Source: Minisyncoccota bacterium
GTDB taxonomy: Bacteria > Patescibacteriota > Minisyncoccia > Phycocordibacterales > JBAYGS01
Assembly: GCA_041666545.1 (NCBI GenBank)
Contig: JBAYGS010000002.1
Coordinates: 6,065-70,064 of the forward strand
Direction of reading: 5' to 3'
Length of the DNA stretch: 64,000 bases
Made by a program: the position numbers and the translations under genes. Within the stretch, counting starts at the first letter, position 1. Every line of letters begins with the position of its first letter. The notes below the pieces were generated by a model that worked only from the letters and a program-made list of their open reading frames with translations, was not told where the DNA came from and did not search any database. Shown here piece by piece: positions 47,188-57,813 of the stretch.

Positions 47188-48894
47188 ATGATTAACGTCG
47201 ACGAGCTAAAAGCTTTAATTAAGGGGGAAGTTGAAACCTCTGATTCTGAAATTGAAATGGCGAGTCACGACGCCAGTATTTTTGAAGTCCGCCCGCAAGC
47301 CGTGGTTTACCCGAAAGATGTTGAGGATGTGAAAAAGTTGGTTCACTATGTAAGTGAAAAATCGAAAGCGGGCGGACCGCCGGCACTTACGCTTACCGGC
47401 CGTTTGGCCGGCACGGACATGTCCGGCGGTCCGCTTACGGAGTCACTCGTGGTGTCGTTTCTCCGCCACTTCAATCAAATCAAAGAGGTCAAAGAAGAGT
47501 CTCAAGGTCACCTTTCCGGAGATTATTCCAAAGTGGAAATTACCGGTTATGCCGTGACCGAGCCGGGAGTCTATTATCGTGACTTCGAGAAAGCCACTCT
47601 CTCGGCCGGTGGCCGGATTATGCCGAGTTATCCGGCTTCGAGGGAACTCTGTACCGTCGGTGGCATGGTGGCCAACAATGCCGGTGGTGAGAAAACCTTG
47701 CGTTATGGCAAGACAGAACTCTATGTCCGTCGTTTAAAAATGGTTTGCGCCGATGGCAATGAATATGAATTTAAACCTCTGAATACTGGCGAATTAACAG
47801 CCAAAAAGTCATTATCGAATTTTGAAGGTCAGTTGTATCGAAAAATGTCAGAGCTGATTGATTCAAATTTTGCCAAGCTTCAAGCGGCCAAGCCGGCAGT
47901 CTCTAAAAATTCTTGCGGCTATTTTCTTTGGAATGTCCGGGACAAAACGGCTGACACTTTTGATTTGACCAAGCTCATTGTCGGTTCGCAGGGGACTCTT
48001 GGTCTGATCACTGAAATTGAATATGGTCTCGTGAAGTTACCAAAGTACTCGCACCTTTTGGTGGTATTTCTTACTGATTTAAAACAGCTAGGTCAAACGG
48101 CCTCAAAAATCTTGGTCGAGGGCCCGGAGAGTTTCGAATCCTATGATGACCAAACGCTCAAAGTGGCTTTCAAGTTTTTGCCCCAATTACTGAAACAAAT
48201 GGGGGGTAATTTGCTGACTCTGGGTTTGGAATTTGTCCCAGAAATGCTCTCGGTCCTTACCGGCGGTCTGCCAAAGTTGGTTTTGATGGCCGAATTTACT
48301 TCTGATTCTGATGCCGAGGCCTTGGCTAAGGCGCAGAAAGCCCAAGCCTCGATTCGTGAGCTTCACGAAAAGACGCGTGTCACCAAAACCGCATCTGACG
48401 AAAACAAATACTGGGTAATTAGGCGCGAAAGTTTCAATATGTTGCGCAAACATATTCACGGTGTTCGGACCGCACCCTTCATTGATGACTTTGTGGTGCC
48501 TCCGGCTGAGTTGTCAGAATTTTTGCCCCGTCTCTATCAGGCCCTAGATGTTTACAAAGGCGAGCTCACTTACACAATTGCCGGCCATGTCGGTGATGGT
48601 AATTTTCATATTATTCCCTTAATGAATTTGAACCAAGAGAGATCTCGGGAGATTATCAAAGATTTGTCGGTAAAGATTTACGAATTGGTCCACGAGTTCG
48701 GTGGCTCTATTACCGGGGAACATAATGACGGCATTATTCGTACCCCTTTCATTAAAATGCAGTACGGCGAAGAAATTTGTCGGCTATTTGAACAAACCAA
48801 GAAAATCTGGGACCCAAAAGGTATTTTTAATCCCGGCAAAAAAGTCGGAGGCACACTCGAATATGCTTTTAGTCACATCGTGAAATCATCCTAA
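47188..48894 (+). CDS. FAD-binding oxidoreductase (FAD-linked oxidase / GlcD-like)
   Basis: FAD_binding_4-type N-terminal domain and C-terminal oxidase domain. Start at MINVDELK, 6 nt after -10 TATAAT (47176-47181), so leaderless. Confidence 0.7.
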   Translation: MINVDELKALIKGEVETSDSEIEMASHDASIFEVRPQAVVYPKDVEDVKKLVHYVSEKSKAGGPPALTLTGRLAGTDMSGGPLTESLVVSFLRHFNQIKEVKEESQGHLSGDYSKVEITGYAVTEPGVYYRDFEKATLSAGGRIMPSYPASRELCTVGGMVANNAGGEKTLRYGKTELYVRRLKMVCADGNEYEFKPLNTGELTAKKSLSNFEGQLYRKMSELIDSNFAKLQAAKPAVSKNSCGYFLWNVRDKTADTFDLTKLIVGSQGTLGLITEIEYGLVKLPKYSHLLVVFLTDLKQLGQTASKILVEGPESFESYDDQTLKVAFKFLPQLLKQMGGNLLTLGLEFVPEMLSVLTGGLPKLVLMAEFTSDSDAEALAKAQKAQASIRELHEKTRVTKTASDENKYWVIRRESFNMLRKHIHGVRTAPFIDDFVVPPAELSEFLPRLYQALDVYKGELTYTIAGHVGDGNFHIIPLMNLNQERSREIIKDLSVKIYELVHEFGGSITGEHNDGIIRTPFIKMQYGEEICRLFEQTKKIWDPKGIFNPGKKVGGTLEYAFSHIVKSS

Positions 48895-49538
48895 TGATTA
48901 TGTTTAAAAAAGAAAACACAGTTATTGTTGTCTTGGTTGTAGTCGCTGTCATTTCTGGTGGTCTAGCCCTTTGGTTTAACGAGATAAGTTTCGAGAGGGG
49001 ACAAATTGCTTGCACTATGGAGGCTAGGCTTTGTCCGGACGGTTCATATGTTGGTCGGGTTGGACCTAAATGTGAATTTAGCCCGTGTCCTTCTTCGGCG
49101 GATAAGGAAACTAAAGGCTGGACCACTTTTACTGATCCGGCCGGAGCCTATTCTTTTAAATATCCGGCCGACTGGCCAACCGATTATGTGGCGACAGTTG
49201 ATTGGCCGCCGAAAGTTAATTTTATAAGCGGGCCATTTACCTGTACCGAGGGTGGTTCACAAATCGCTCGGGCCGGAGAGACGGTGAAGAAATTAATTGC
49301 CGGACGAGAATATTGCATCACCAAAGAAGTCGAAGGTGCGGCGGGGACCATGTATATCCAGTATGTGTACGCGACGGAGTTTGGCGATCGCACGGCCTAT
49401 TTTACTTGGACAATGAGGCAACCACAGTGTTTGAATTATGACCAGCCTAGACAAGGGGAATGTCTGGATGAAGAAAATGCTTTTGATCCGGATAGTCTGA
49501 TGTCTCAAATTGTCGGGACATTTAAATTGAATCAATAA
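48894..49538 (+). CDS. Hypothetical exported protein (N-terminal TM anchor, Cys-rich)
   Basis: 214 aa. A terminator hairpin lies at 49545-49570. Confidence 0.5.
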   Translation: MIMFKKENTVIVVLVVVAVISGGLALWFNEISFERGQIACTMEARLCPDGSYVGRVGPKCEFSPCPSSADKETKGWTTFTDPAGAYSFKYPADWPTDYVATVDWPPKVNFISGPFTCTEGGSQIARAGETVKKLIAGREYCITKEVEGAAGTMYIQYVYATEFGDRTAYFTWTMRQPQCLNYDQPRQGECLDEENAFDPDSLMSQIVGTFKLNQ

Positions 49539-49578
49539 TAAATTAAAAAACTCCGTCACCTGACGGAGTTTGAGTTTT

Positions 49579-50193
49579 TTAGATGCTTAAAAGCATCTGG
49601 TTCGGCCGTTTCCACCTAAAGTGGATTGTGCGACCATCTTTAATTTCGGCATAACCCCGCCGTCTGTAGAGAGGTGGGGAGATGAAGCACTCGAAGATGT
49701 GCCGGTGATAGGCTGCGAAGAGATTGGGCCACTTTTCCGAGGGGACTACCGGCCGGGTTTCAATCTTGAAGATTTCGGATAGCTGGTAGAGGCTCGGATC
49801 TCGGAAATTGAGCTCCTCGGCTAGACAGCGTCTGGCAGTTTCAATGGGAATTTCTCTGCGTCCCATCGTCTCACCGATACCATCAAAGGTGTCTCTGTGC
49901 AGAATACTGCCGTCAGGGAATTCCTGACGATCCTCGTAAAGTTCGAAGGTTCGTCCACGACTTTGGTAATAAACTAAGACCATAGCGACATTTACATCAA
50001 GTACCAGCCTAGACTCTTCAGGACGAAAGAAAAGCTGGTCGCGTTTATGATGGTTGAGTAGGTCCGCAAAACTTCTGGCGGTGCCATGTCCCCATACATC
50101 AGTCGAGATGCCGTAGGTCTGAAGTAAGTCAGAAATGGCCCCTTGAGAGAGTAGCTGATCTCTCGGTTCGGCCACCAATTCGGCAGTGGGCAT
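49579..50193 (-). CDS. Hypothetical protein (downstream partner of a small RHH-like gene)
   Basis: 204 aa. The spacing to 50196-50480 suggests translational coupling. Confidence 0.45.
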   Translation of the reverse strand: MPTAELVAEPRDQLLSQGAISDLLQTYGISTDVWGHGTARSFADLLNHHKRDQLFFRPEESRLVLDVNVAMVLVYYQSRGRTFELYEDRQEFPDGSILHRDTFDGIGETMGRREIPIETARRCLAEELNFRDPSLYQLSEIFKIETRPVVPSEKWPNLFAAYHRHIFECFISPPLYRRRGYAEIKDGRTIHFRWKRPNQMLLSI

Positions 50194-50195
50194 AC

Positions 50196-50480
50196 TTATC
50201 CTTTCTCGGTTGTCGGCGCGCGGAAACTTCCGGCCAATTTTGCCATTTCAGCTTTGCGCCTGACAGTTATGAGGGCGGGGATGGCAAGGGCGCGGAAAGA
50301 ATTTCTTCCCGAATTGAATGTGCCAATTTCACGGCCCTCTTCGGTTTGTTGAATTGCAAATTCCAGTAAACAAAAAGCGTCATTGAAATACGCCTTCATA
50401 GTGGAGTGGCCTAATCTTCTTCGCGTGGCTTCAAGAGTTGCGGCCTCTTCGTCGCTTATTACGAGCTGTAAACGAACCAT
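50196..50480 (-). CDS. Small ribbon-helix-helix-like DNA-binding protein (tentative)
   Basis: MVRLQLVISDEEAATLEATRRRLGHST resembles a CopG/Arc-type N-terminus. Confidence 0.4.
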   Translation of the reverse strand: MVRLQLVISDEEAATLEATRRRLGHSTMKAYFNDAFCLLEFAIQQTEEGREIGTFNSGRNSFRALAIPALITVRRKAEMAKLAGSFRAPTTEKG

Positions 50481-50638
50481 AATTGAACCTTTCGCTTTTT
50501 AAGGTGATTCAGTTTCTGGCCGAATGATACCACAAATAATTCTCCAGTCAAATTGCGGCCGGCAATAGGACTGGACAAAATTGTCTAAGTATGCTATAAG
50601 GGTAATGGAAGTACTACATAAAAGAAGAAAGGAAAAAA

Positions 50639-51517
50639 ATGACAAACTGTAATCAGTTGGGGGAGTTAACGCCCTCCGGCGCCGGTATTATTATGAAGGA
50701 GATGGTTCGCCGGGCAATCGTGACAATCCGCAACCAGAGGCAAGTTTTTGAAGTTCAGACCAAGGTTGGCCACAGTGGGCGATTGGATGACATACTGACC
50801 TCGGCCGATAAACTGGCTCAGCTAATCTACCTCCGTTCAATTCAAGAATGTTTCCCTGGCTTTGGAGTCATTGCGGAGGAAGACGGTTTGAGAATCTTGC
50901 CTTCTAGCTGTGTGGCCAAGCTCGCCTTCACAGTCGATCCACTTGATGGGACTAAGGCTTTTGTTCGCCGTCAGTCACATGGTGTCGGGACAATGATCTC
51001 GCTCTTTTGTGACGATGGATTCCTGGCGGCCTATGTCGGTGACATCAATACCCAGGAAATCTACGGGTTTCGTCCTGGTTCACAAAATGTCCATCGGATT
51101 GATGAGTTTACCAATAACGAGACTTTGACTATCCAGCCTAAGCCACTCAAGAAGCAGTATGTGATGCTCCGTGATCCTGAAGTTGCTTACGGTTCGGTTT
51201 TGACTCGGAGACTCATCAATTCCGGCTTCAAAAGTCAGATTATTGACGGTGGCAGTATTGGAATCTGGCTGGCCAGGTTGTGGAAGGGCGAAGTTGGAGC
51301 GGCCCTTGTTCCATCTGGAGTGGAAACTCCTTGGGACGCCAATCCGGTGAATGCCATCTCCCAAGCGCTTGGCTTTGTGCACATCAAGCCTTGCCCGGAT
51401 AACTTGAGTTGGGAAATCTGCCCGATTCAGCCGATTACCAAAACGCAGCGTCGCGAGCATGACCTGGTGATTGTGCACCAGTCCAATGTGGATGAAGTCA
51501 TGTCTGTCAGTTTGTAA
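50639..51517 (+). CDS. Inositol monophosphatase family protein
   Basis: VDPLDGTKAF and EE..D motifs. The start may be at the internal Met (50693). Confidence 0.7.
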   Translation: MTNCNQLGELTPSGAGIIMKEMVRRAIVTIRNQRQVFEVQTKVGHSGRLDDILTSADKLAQLIYLRSIQECFPGFGVIAEEDGLRILPSSCVAKLAFTVDPLDGTKAFVRRQSHGVGTMISLFCDDGFLAAYVGDINTQEIYGFRPGSQNVHRIDEFTNNETLTIQPKPLKKQYVMLRDPEVAYGSVLTRRLINSGFKSQIIDGGSIGIWLARLWKGEVGAALVPSGVETPWDANPVNAISQALGFVHIKPCPDNLSWEICPIQPITKTQRREHDLVIVHQSNVDEVMSVSL

Positions 51518-51610
51518 AGCGTACCTCGAGCCGGCTGGAAACAGTCGGCTTTTTAATGTAAAAAACGCCTCGCAGAAAACCTGCGAGGCGTTGTAAGGAC
51601 TTTTGTGCCA

Positions 51611-52276
51611 CTACTTCGACGTTTGTCGAACCTTCCGGTACTCCCGGAGGCAGTCCATCGTCGACGAATCGACTCCGTAACCGCCGTATGACATACCCTC
51701 AACCGCGAAGAGGGCACCGCCGAAGGTTCGGTCTCGGCCGAGGTGAAGCGATTCACCCTCTTCCGGGATCCGACCGACCCAACGGACAAGCGGAACCGAG
51801 ATGGTCCGGAAGCGGTTCTTCAGAACCAGGCATTCCAGATCGGGCGAACCCTCGAAGCCGTCGAGGATTTTGGTGGTGGCGATGACTTTGTAGCTCGCTG
51901 CCTCGACGTAGAGGTTATCCGAGATGACTCGGAATTGCCCCCGGATTTCCTTGGCGAATTCCGTCCAGGATTTCAAGCTTTTGATTTCCTGTTCGTCACC
52001 CTCTTTGGGGTAGACGAAATAGGCCGAGTCGGCGTCGATCCGATACGCCGTGATTTCCAACTTTGTGAGTTCTCCATCCGGCGCGAAGTGTGCCAGCATC
52101 TGAATGGCCGGGGTCTTGCCGGTCTGCTTCCAGATCGTGAGGACCTGGCAGATCGAGTTGTTATTGGCCAGGATCGTTGGCTCGACCGAGAACGACCGCC
52201 CCGTCGGCGGTGCCGGTTGGGCGTAGGCAATCGTGGTGGCAATGAGCAGAGAGCAGAGGAGCATCAGTTTCTTCAT
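51611..52276 (-). CDS. Secreted hypothetical protein (GC-rich, likely horizontally acquired)
   Basis: Signal peptide MKKLMLLCSLLIATTIAYAQ. GC clearly above its neighbours. Confidence 0.5.
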   Translation of the reverse strand: MKKLMLLCSLLIATTIAYAQPAPPTGRSFSVEPTILANNNSICQVLTIWKQTGKTPAIQMLAHFAPDGELTKLEITAYRIDADSAYFVYPKEGDEQEIKSLKSWTEFAKEIRGQFRVISDNLYVEAASYKVIATTKILDGFEGSPDLECLVLKNRFRTISVPLVRWVGRIPEEGESLHLGRDRTFGGALFAVEGMSYGGYGVDSSTMDCLREYRKVRQTSK

Positions 52277-52420
52277 CTTTTTCCTTTTGGTTTGAGCTGG
52301 ATTTTGTCGGTTATTTTTGGGTTTTCCAGCTTTCTATGTATATTATATCAAATTTAAACCAGATTGTCAATACACGCAAAATCCCTTAGAATATGAGCTT
52401 TTGCGTGATAAAATTCTAAG

Positions 52421-52762
52421 ATGACAATAACCTATGAGGATTTTGAAAAGGTGGATATTCGGGTTGGAAAAGTGATTCAGATTTCTGATTTCCCGGAAGC
52501 CAAAAAGCCGGCTTTTAAGTTGAAGATTGATTTTGGCCCAGAAATAGGAACCAGGGTTTCCAGTGTCCAAGCAGTCGGTCCGCATACCAAAGATGAACTT
52601 CTGGGGAAGTTGGTTTGTTGTGTGATAAATTTCCCGCCTAAAAGTATTGCCGGTTTTCAGTCGGAGGTGTTGACTCTGGGTTTTAAAAATAATTCCGGTC
52701 TCGGCTGGGTCCTGGTCTCGCCACTTAAAGATTCGGTCGATCCTGGTAGCAAATTGGCCTAG
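52421..52762 (+). CDS. tRNA-binding OB-fold protein (CsaA/Trbp111/Myf domain)
   Basis: KVDIRVGKVIQISDFPEAKKPAFKLKIDFG... Confidence 0.7.
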   Translation: MTITYEDFEKVDIRVGKVIQISDFPEAKKPAFKLKIDFGPEIGTRVSSVQAVGPHTKDELLGKLVCCVINFPPKSIAGFQSEVLTLGFKNNSGLGWVLVSPLKDSVDPGSKLA

Positions 52763-52795
52763 TGAAAATCTTACTTGCTGTTAAAATAAAATTGT

Positions 52796-53692
52796 ATGAT
52801 TGAGAAAATTGCACAACCGGTAGGACTTGATTTTGAAAGTCAATTTGTCAGACGCGAGCAGGTTGAGACTGCCGGCGGCACGGCCGAAGTTTTGGACTTA
52901 GAACCTGAAAACCCAAAAGAAGAGACCCCTGTCTTTTTTGCTCCCGGTTGGGGTTGCAACTCTGAAGTTTACAAGTTTGCCTTGAAAGAAATTTTTGATA
53001 ATGATCGGCGGACAATTACCGTCAATCATCCGAGAGTTGGCGGGCAAGCGCCGATGGATTTTAGGCATGCCAGATTGTCGCCGGATTTTCCTAAAAATGA
53101 GGTTCGCAAGGCTCTGACAATTCTCGATGTACTCAAGGCCGAAGGTGTCGAAAAGACTGATATGATTATGCACTCTGAATCAGCGATCAACGGAATTATC
53201 GCTGCGACACTTGAACCGGAAAGATTTCGCAACTTGGTTTTGTTTGCGCCATCCGGTCTTATTGGCAAGGATACTTTTCCCAGATTGCTCCAAGGTTTTT
53301 TTGAGCAAGGAAAAGGCCGGGCGGAATCGATGAAAGAGTTTCCAGTGACGGAAAAAGAAAAATGGGCGGCGGAAACCGCACTGCGCGAATCAGTTAAATA
53401 TGCTCTCAAGAATCCTCTGCGCGCCACGATGGAGGCGATGGATATTTCGGAGACTCAAATTGATGAAATGCTCCAGGCTCTGCGTGAGCAGGGAATTGGC
53501 ATTGTGGTCATGGCGACTGTCGATGACCCGGTCTTTCCGATGGAATTGGTGCAAAAGGCGGTGGATACTAAAAAAGTTGATGGTTTTATTTCGTTAAAAG
53601 GTGGCCATGGCGCGATTGGCGAACACCCTGAGAGATATGTGGCTTTGGCACTAAAGATGCTCGATGCCTTGAAAGCTAAGGCGGAAAAGTAA
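52796..53692 (+). CDS. Alpha/beta hydrolase
   Basis: GxSxG-like nucleophile elbow (MHSES) and Asp/His downstream. 298 aa. Confidence 0.55.
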   Translation: MIEKIAQPVGLDFESQFVRREQVETAGGTAEVLDLEPENPKEETPVFFAPGWGCNSEVYKFALKEIFDNDRRTITVNHPRVGGQAPMDFRHARLSPDFPKNEVRKALTILDVLKAEGVEKTDMIMHSESAINGIIAATLEPERFRNLVLFAPSGLIGKDTFPRLLQGFFEQGKGRAESMKEFPVTEKEKWAAETALRESVKYALKNPLRATMEAMDISETQIDEMLQALREQGIGIVVMATVDDPVFPMELVQKAVDTKKVDGFISLKGGHGAIGEHPERYVALALKMLDALKAKAEK

Positions 53693-53714
53693 AATCTTGC
53701 TTTTGTGCTAAAAT

Positions 53715-55532
53715 GTGCCCATGTCTGACATGCTCCAGAAATCGCCTAAAAAGGCCTTATTTTGCATTAGTTCACTTGGCCTAGGTCATGCAACCAGAAC
53801 CCTGCCGATTGCAAAGATCTATGGGAAGACCCACGAGCTTCATGTTGTCTCAACTGGCTCGGCCTTAGCTTTTCTTAGGCAGGAACTCGCTTCAACCGGG
53901 GCAGTTTTTTATGATTTTCCCGATTATCCGCCAATTGAAAGAGGACGAGGTCTGAAATTTTATCTTTATTTCATTTTTGACTCCCTCAGGATTTTTGGTG
54001 TCATTCGCCGAGAGCATCGTTTTGCTTTCGACCTGGCCAAGAAAAATAGTTTTGATTTTATTATTTCTGACGGTCGCTATGGCGCCTATGTCAAAGGAAC
54101 GCCGTCCTTTTTAATTTCACATCAGATCAGTTTTGTAGCGCCGGCTTGGTTTCGGCCATTTACATGGATTTCCGATCTTTTCAACTACCGGCAGTTTAGG
54201 AAGTTTGATGAGATCATAATTCCTGATTACGAAGATCCTAAATTTAGCCTGGCTGGCCGTCTGTCTCATCATCCGATGCTTAGAAAACTTAAGCATAATT
54301 TTGTCGGTGTCCTCTCGTCGATTGAGAGGGTGGAGGTGACCGAAGAGGTCGACTATCTTTTTACTTTGAGTGGTTATTTACAGGAACACAAAGAGCCGTT
54401 TCTCAAAGAGCTTTTTGCTGAGGCCGAGAATTTGTCTGGGCAAAAAGTTTTTGTCCTTGGTAAGGCGGAAGTCGGAGTTATTACTCCAGAAGAAAAATCT
54501 GCCGAGATTACGGTTTATCAGAATGCCACCGGCGATTTGCGCGCCAGGCTTTTCAGTTCGGCCAGGTTTATAATTTCCCGAGCCGGTTACAGCACCATTA
54601 TGGATTTGGCGGAATTGGAGAAGCCGGCTTTTTTGGTGCCGACACCGAATCAGACTGAACAAGAATATTTGGCCAAGCATCATTTGAGGCAGGATAATTT
54701 TCTTTTCCCGCCCGCCAAGCTCGGCGACCTAAGTGGTACCTCGAAGCCGGCTATCAAAGTGCCTTGGAAAACAGCCGAGTCGGTAAGGCGAGTGAAGAAA
54801 ATTGTTGACAGTTATTTCCGACAGCCGTTCTTTTCGATTATTGTTCCGGCACACAACGAGGAGAAGTATCTTGGTGATACTCTGACGCATCTGAAGTCTT
54901 TGGACTACCCCAAAAATCTTTATGAGGTAATCGTGGTTGAAAATGGTTCAACTGATCGAACCCTTGAGATTGCCCGCCGCTACGAAGGTGAAAATATTAA
55001 GGTTTGGCAAATGACAGGGAAGGGAGTTTCTCGGGCGCGGAATTTCGGCTCCGATAAGGCGAATCCGGAGAGCGATTGGCTGATTTTCCTTGATGCGGAC
55101 ACTGTAATAGAGAAGCCACTTTTGCTTGAAATTGCCAAGCATTTAAAGGCTAATCAACAAACTAATTTCTCAATTGGTACGACCGAGGTTGACCCGCTCG
55201 GTGACCTTAGGCTGAAAGCCAAAATTTGGTTTTGGATATATAATCTAGGGCATCGCCTTACCAAAACCTCCTTTGCCGTTCAGATTTTCAAGGCCAAACT
55301 TAAAAACCAGGTTCGCTTTGATGAAACCTTGACCTTGTCAGAGGATTTGAAATTTATCAAAGATGCTCAGGCTTTTGGGAAATTCTTTTATCTGCCAACT
55401 CGAAGTGTTCTGACTTCAACGCGACGGTTTGATCGAGTTGGTTGGTTAAAATTATTTATTGAGTGGAACTTCCAGGCTATTTTTATTCCGGAGCAGAAGA
55501 AGCAAAAAATGCAATACAAAGTAATACGTTAA
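53715..55532 (+). CDS. Glycosyltransferase fusion (N-terminal GT-B MurG/GT28-like, C-terminal GT-A family 2)
   Basis: C-terminal FSIIVPAHNEEKYL...DYPKNLYEVIVVENGSTDRT and DAD motifs. N-terminal SSLGLGHATR. Confidence 0.65.
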   Translation: MPMSDMLQKSPKKALFCISSLGLGHATRTLPIAKIYGKTHELHVVSTGSALAFLRQELASTGAVFYDFPDYPPIERGRGLKFYLYFIFDSLRIFGVIRREHRFAFDLAKKNSFDFIISDGRYGAYVKGTPSFLISHQISFVAPAWFRPFTWISDLFNYRQFRKFDEIIIPDYEDPKFSLAGRLSHHPMLRKLKHNFVGVLSSIERVEVTEEVDYLFTLSGYLQEHKEPFLKELFAEAENLSGQKVFVLGKAEVGVITPEEKSAEITVYQNATGDLRARLFSSARFIISRAGYSTIMDLAELEKPAFLVPTPNQTEQEYLAKHHLRQDNFLFPPAKLGDLSGTSKPAIKVPWKTAESVRRVKKIVDSYFRQPFFSIIVPAHNEEKYLGDTLTHLKSLDYPKNLYEVIVVENGSTDRTLEIARRYEGENIKVWQMTGKGVSRARNFGSDKANPESDWLIFLDADTVIEKPLLLEIAKHLKANQQTNFSIGTTEVDPLGDLRLKAKIWFWIYNLGHRLTKTSFAVQIFKAKLKNQVRFDETLTLSEDLKFIKDAQAFGKFFYLPTRSVLTSTRRFDRVGWLKLFIEWNFQAIFIPEQKKQKMQYKVIR

Positions 55533-55537
55533 TTTAG

Positions 55538-56926
55538 ATGGACTTTCTCGATTCAATTTTGACGGCAATCGGAGCTTTTATCGGCGCGCACACCGTGCTC
55601 ACTTACGCCATCCTTTTCTGGGGCTCATTTTTTGAAACCTTAATCGGCATCGGCTTCTTTCTCTATGGTGAGCTGATTTTTATTCCAGCCTCGCTCTTGG
55701 CCGGTGCTCATGTATTAAATATTTGGTTGGTCAGCTTTTTCCTGATCGCCGGTGGAATTGCGGGGGATAGCGCCAGCTTTTTCATTGGTCGCAAATATGG
55801 CGTTAAGCTCTTCAAGGAGGAGCACCGCTTTCTGAATCATACTAATAGGGCCAAAGGTGAAGAGTTTTTCAAAAAGTATGGTGATAAGGGAATCTTCCTG
55901 GCTCGTTTGCTTGGTCCCTTGTCCTGGATCACACCTTTTTTGGCCGGAATTTATGCGGTGCCCTACAGTCGTTTTCTAAAGTACAACATTCCCGGAGTTT
56001 TTGCCGGCATCGGAGAATTTCTCATTGTTGGTTATTTCTTCGGCAGCCGTTATAAAGAAGTTTTATCCTTCATTCAGACTTATGTCGCGATCATCATTTT
56101 TGTAATTTTGGTTTCGGCAGCGGTTTATCTGATTGTCAAAAGAAATTATCCGCAACTTTTGGCTCAGGTTCGTAATCTTTGGCAATATGAAAAACGCAAA
56201 TTGTTCAAGAGTGTTTTAAAACATATGGCTGCAGTTATTCTGATTGTGTTTCTGATTTATGTTGCTTTCCTTTACATCCTATTTTTTGTCGAAGGTGGAA
56301 CTAATAATCAACCGACGAGGACTAATTTGCCGATTTTTATGGCACTTAACGAACTTCAAAGTGAGACTAATTTTCTGGTATTTCGAGACGGTGCCAAACA
56401 GCCGGTCCAGCCGGTGAATGTGATAATGGTTTTGAAAGGTGATGTCGAGGACCGTTTTCAAAATAATAACTGGCTCAGAGATGTGCTGTTTTCTGAAGCC
56501 AACCTGACGGCCAAAGCCTTTATTAGACTTTGGCGGGATCATGAGCCACCAGTTTCTGATTTATTCCTGGACGGGTACCCGCAGGAATTGGCGTTTCAGG
56601 AAAAGACTCAATCATCCTTGCGTCGTTTACATATTCGCCTCTGGCCGATTGGTTTTCTGGAAAATCAAGAGACTCGAGTCTATTTAGGTTCGGTGAGCAG
56701 CGATGACGGTCTAAGCCTGGCAATCTACAATCATTTTCCGGTGCCATTTCATCAAGTGAGTCCAGATGCCGATTCGGCAAGAGATGCGATTGCCACTGCC
56801 TTTTTGGGCGATCTAGCCTTGGCGAGCAGTACCTATGAGACTTGGGGTAAGGTTGTTGCCAGTACCAAAGACGATGAACAGGCGTATTTTACCGATGGAC
56901 GAGTTTTATTGCTTCAGTTTAAATAA
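55538..56926 (+). CDS. DedA/SNARE-associated family membrane protein with C-terminal extension
   Basis: GELIFIPASLLAG...GIAGDSASFFIGRKYG DedA core. Confidence 0.55.
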   Translation: MDFLDSILTAIGAFIGAHTVLTYAILFWGSFFETLIGIGFFLYGELIFIPASLLAGAHVLNIWLVSFFLIAGGIAGDSASFFIGRKYGVKLFKEEHRFLNHTNRAKGEEFFKKYGDKGIFLARLLGPLSWITPFLAGIYAVPYSRFLKYNIPGVFAGIGEFLIVGYFFGSRYKEVLSFIQTYVAIIIFVILVSAAVYLIVKRNYPQLLAQVRNLWQYEKRKLFKSVLKHMAAVILIVFLIYVAFLYILFFVEGGTNNQPTRTNLPIFMALNELQSETNFLVFRDGAKQPVQPVNVIMVLKGDVEDRFQNNNWLRDVLFSEANLTAKAFIRLWRDHEPPVSDLFLDGYPQELAFQEKTQSSLRRLHIRLWPIGFLENQETRVYLGSVSSDDGLSLAIYNHFPVPFHQVSPDADSARDAIATAFLGDLALASSTYETWGKVVASTKDDEQAYFTDGRVLLLQFK

Positions 56927-57740
56927 TCAGTTTGGCAATTAGACAGGCCTCATCCCCGGTTGCGGCTTTTTGATTAGGGAAGAGGATTTGGCTATTTCTG
57001 CCGGCCCGATATTTAAGATTTCCACTGGTGGCAAAAATTGTGCCAGCCTTTAGTAGGGCACAAGTGTAATAAGTTTTTGAGAACTTAAAATTCGCGCTGT
57101 CTTTGCAAACCCTTTTTTGCAGTTTTGAATAAATCTGGCGCTGGCGAGGTTCTTTTTGTTGCCGACTCTTTGTGGCTCCGTAGTATTCCAAAAACTGCCT
57201 GACGGATTTTATGGCTAGGGGTAAATACTTTTTGGCCTTAGAATTTGGACCCAATTCCAAGCAGATTGCGGGTTTACCCAAAGATCGCATATAGCCATCG
57301 GTCGAGCCGATGTCAAATTTGTCCCAACCGGAGATGACAAACTGAAAGTCCATTTTTCGGGCTAAGTCGTAGGAATCTTTTTCGCCAATAACAAAAGGCG
57401 AACCCTTCCTGTCGCTGAAGGCGTGGAGATCTAAAAAAGCATCCGCCTTGTCTAAAATGCGCATCAGAGTCCGGGCTCGATTGTCCTCGTAAGATTTCCC
57501 GCAGTTATTAGGCAAGCAGGAACGGTTCAGGTCTTTCTTGATTTTTCGAGTGTTGGCGAGAATAGCCTCGGGATTGGCATAGACAAAATAAACCGTGCCG
57601 AATTCTATTTCGATTTTAGGAATAATTTTATCAAGTGCCAGTACGCCGACTTTTTCATTGCCGTGAACGCCGGCAAAAACCGCCAGGGTTTTGCCGGGCT
57701 TTTGTCCCTTTTTGATGAAGATAGTTTTTTGATATTTCAT
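56919..57740 (-). CDS. Succinylglutamate desuccinylase/aspartoacylase family protein
   Basis: GVHGNEKVG Zn-binding motif. Confidence 0.65.
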   Translation of the reverse strand: MKYQKTIFIKKGQKPGKTLAVFAGVHGNEKVGVLALDKIIPKIEIEFGTVYFVYANPEAILANTRKIKKDLNRSCLPNNCGKSYEDNRARTLMRILDKADAFLDLHAFSDRKGSPFVIGEKDSYDLARKMDFQFVISGWDKFDIGSTDGYMRSLGKPAICLELGPNSKAKKYLPLAIKSVRQFLEYYGATKSRQQKEPRQRQIYSKLQKRVCKDSANFKFSKTYYTCALLKAGTIFATSGNLKYRAGRNSQILFPNQKAATGDEACLIAKLII

Positions 57741-57813
57741 ATTTTTTTCAGCGTCCTAATTATTAAGTAAGGCGCTGGAGAAAATGGGGAAGGACTGAAC
57801 CTTCCCCGTGTGC

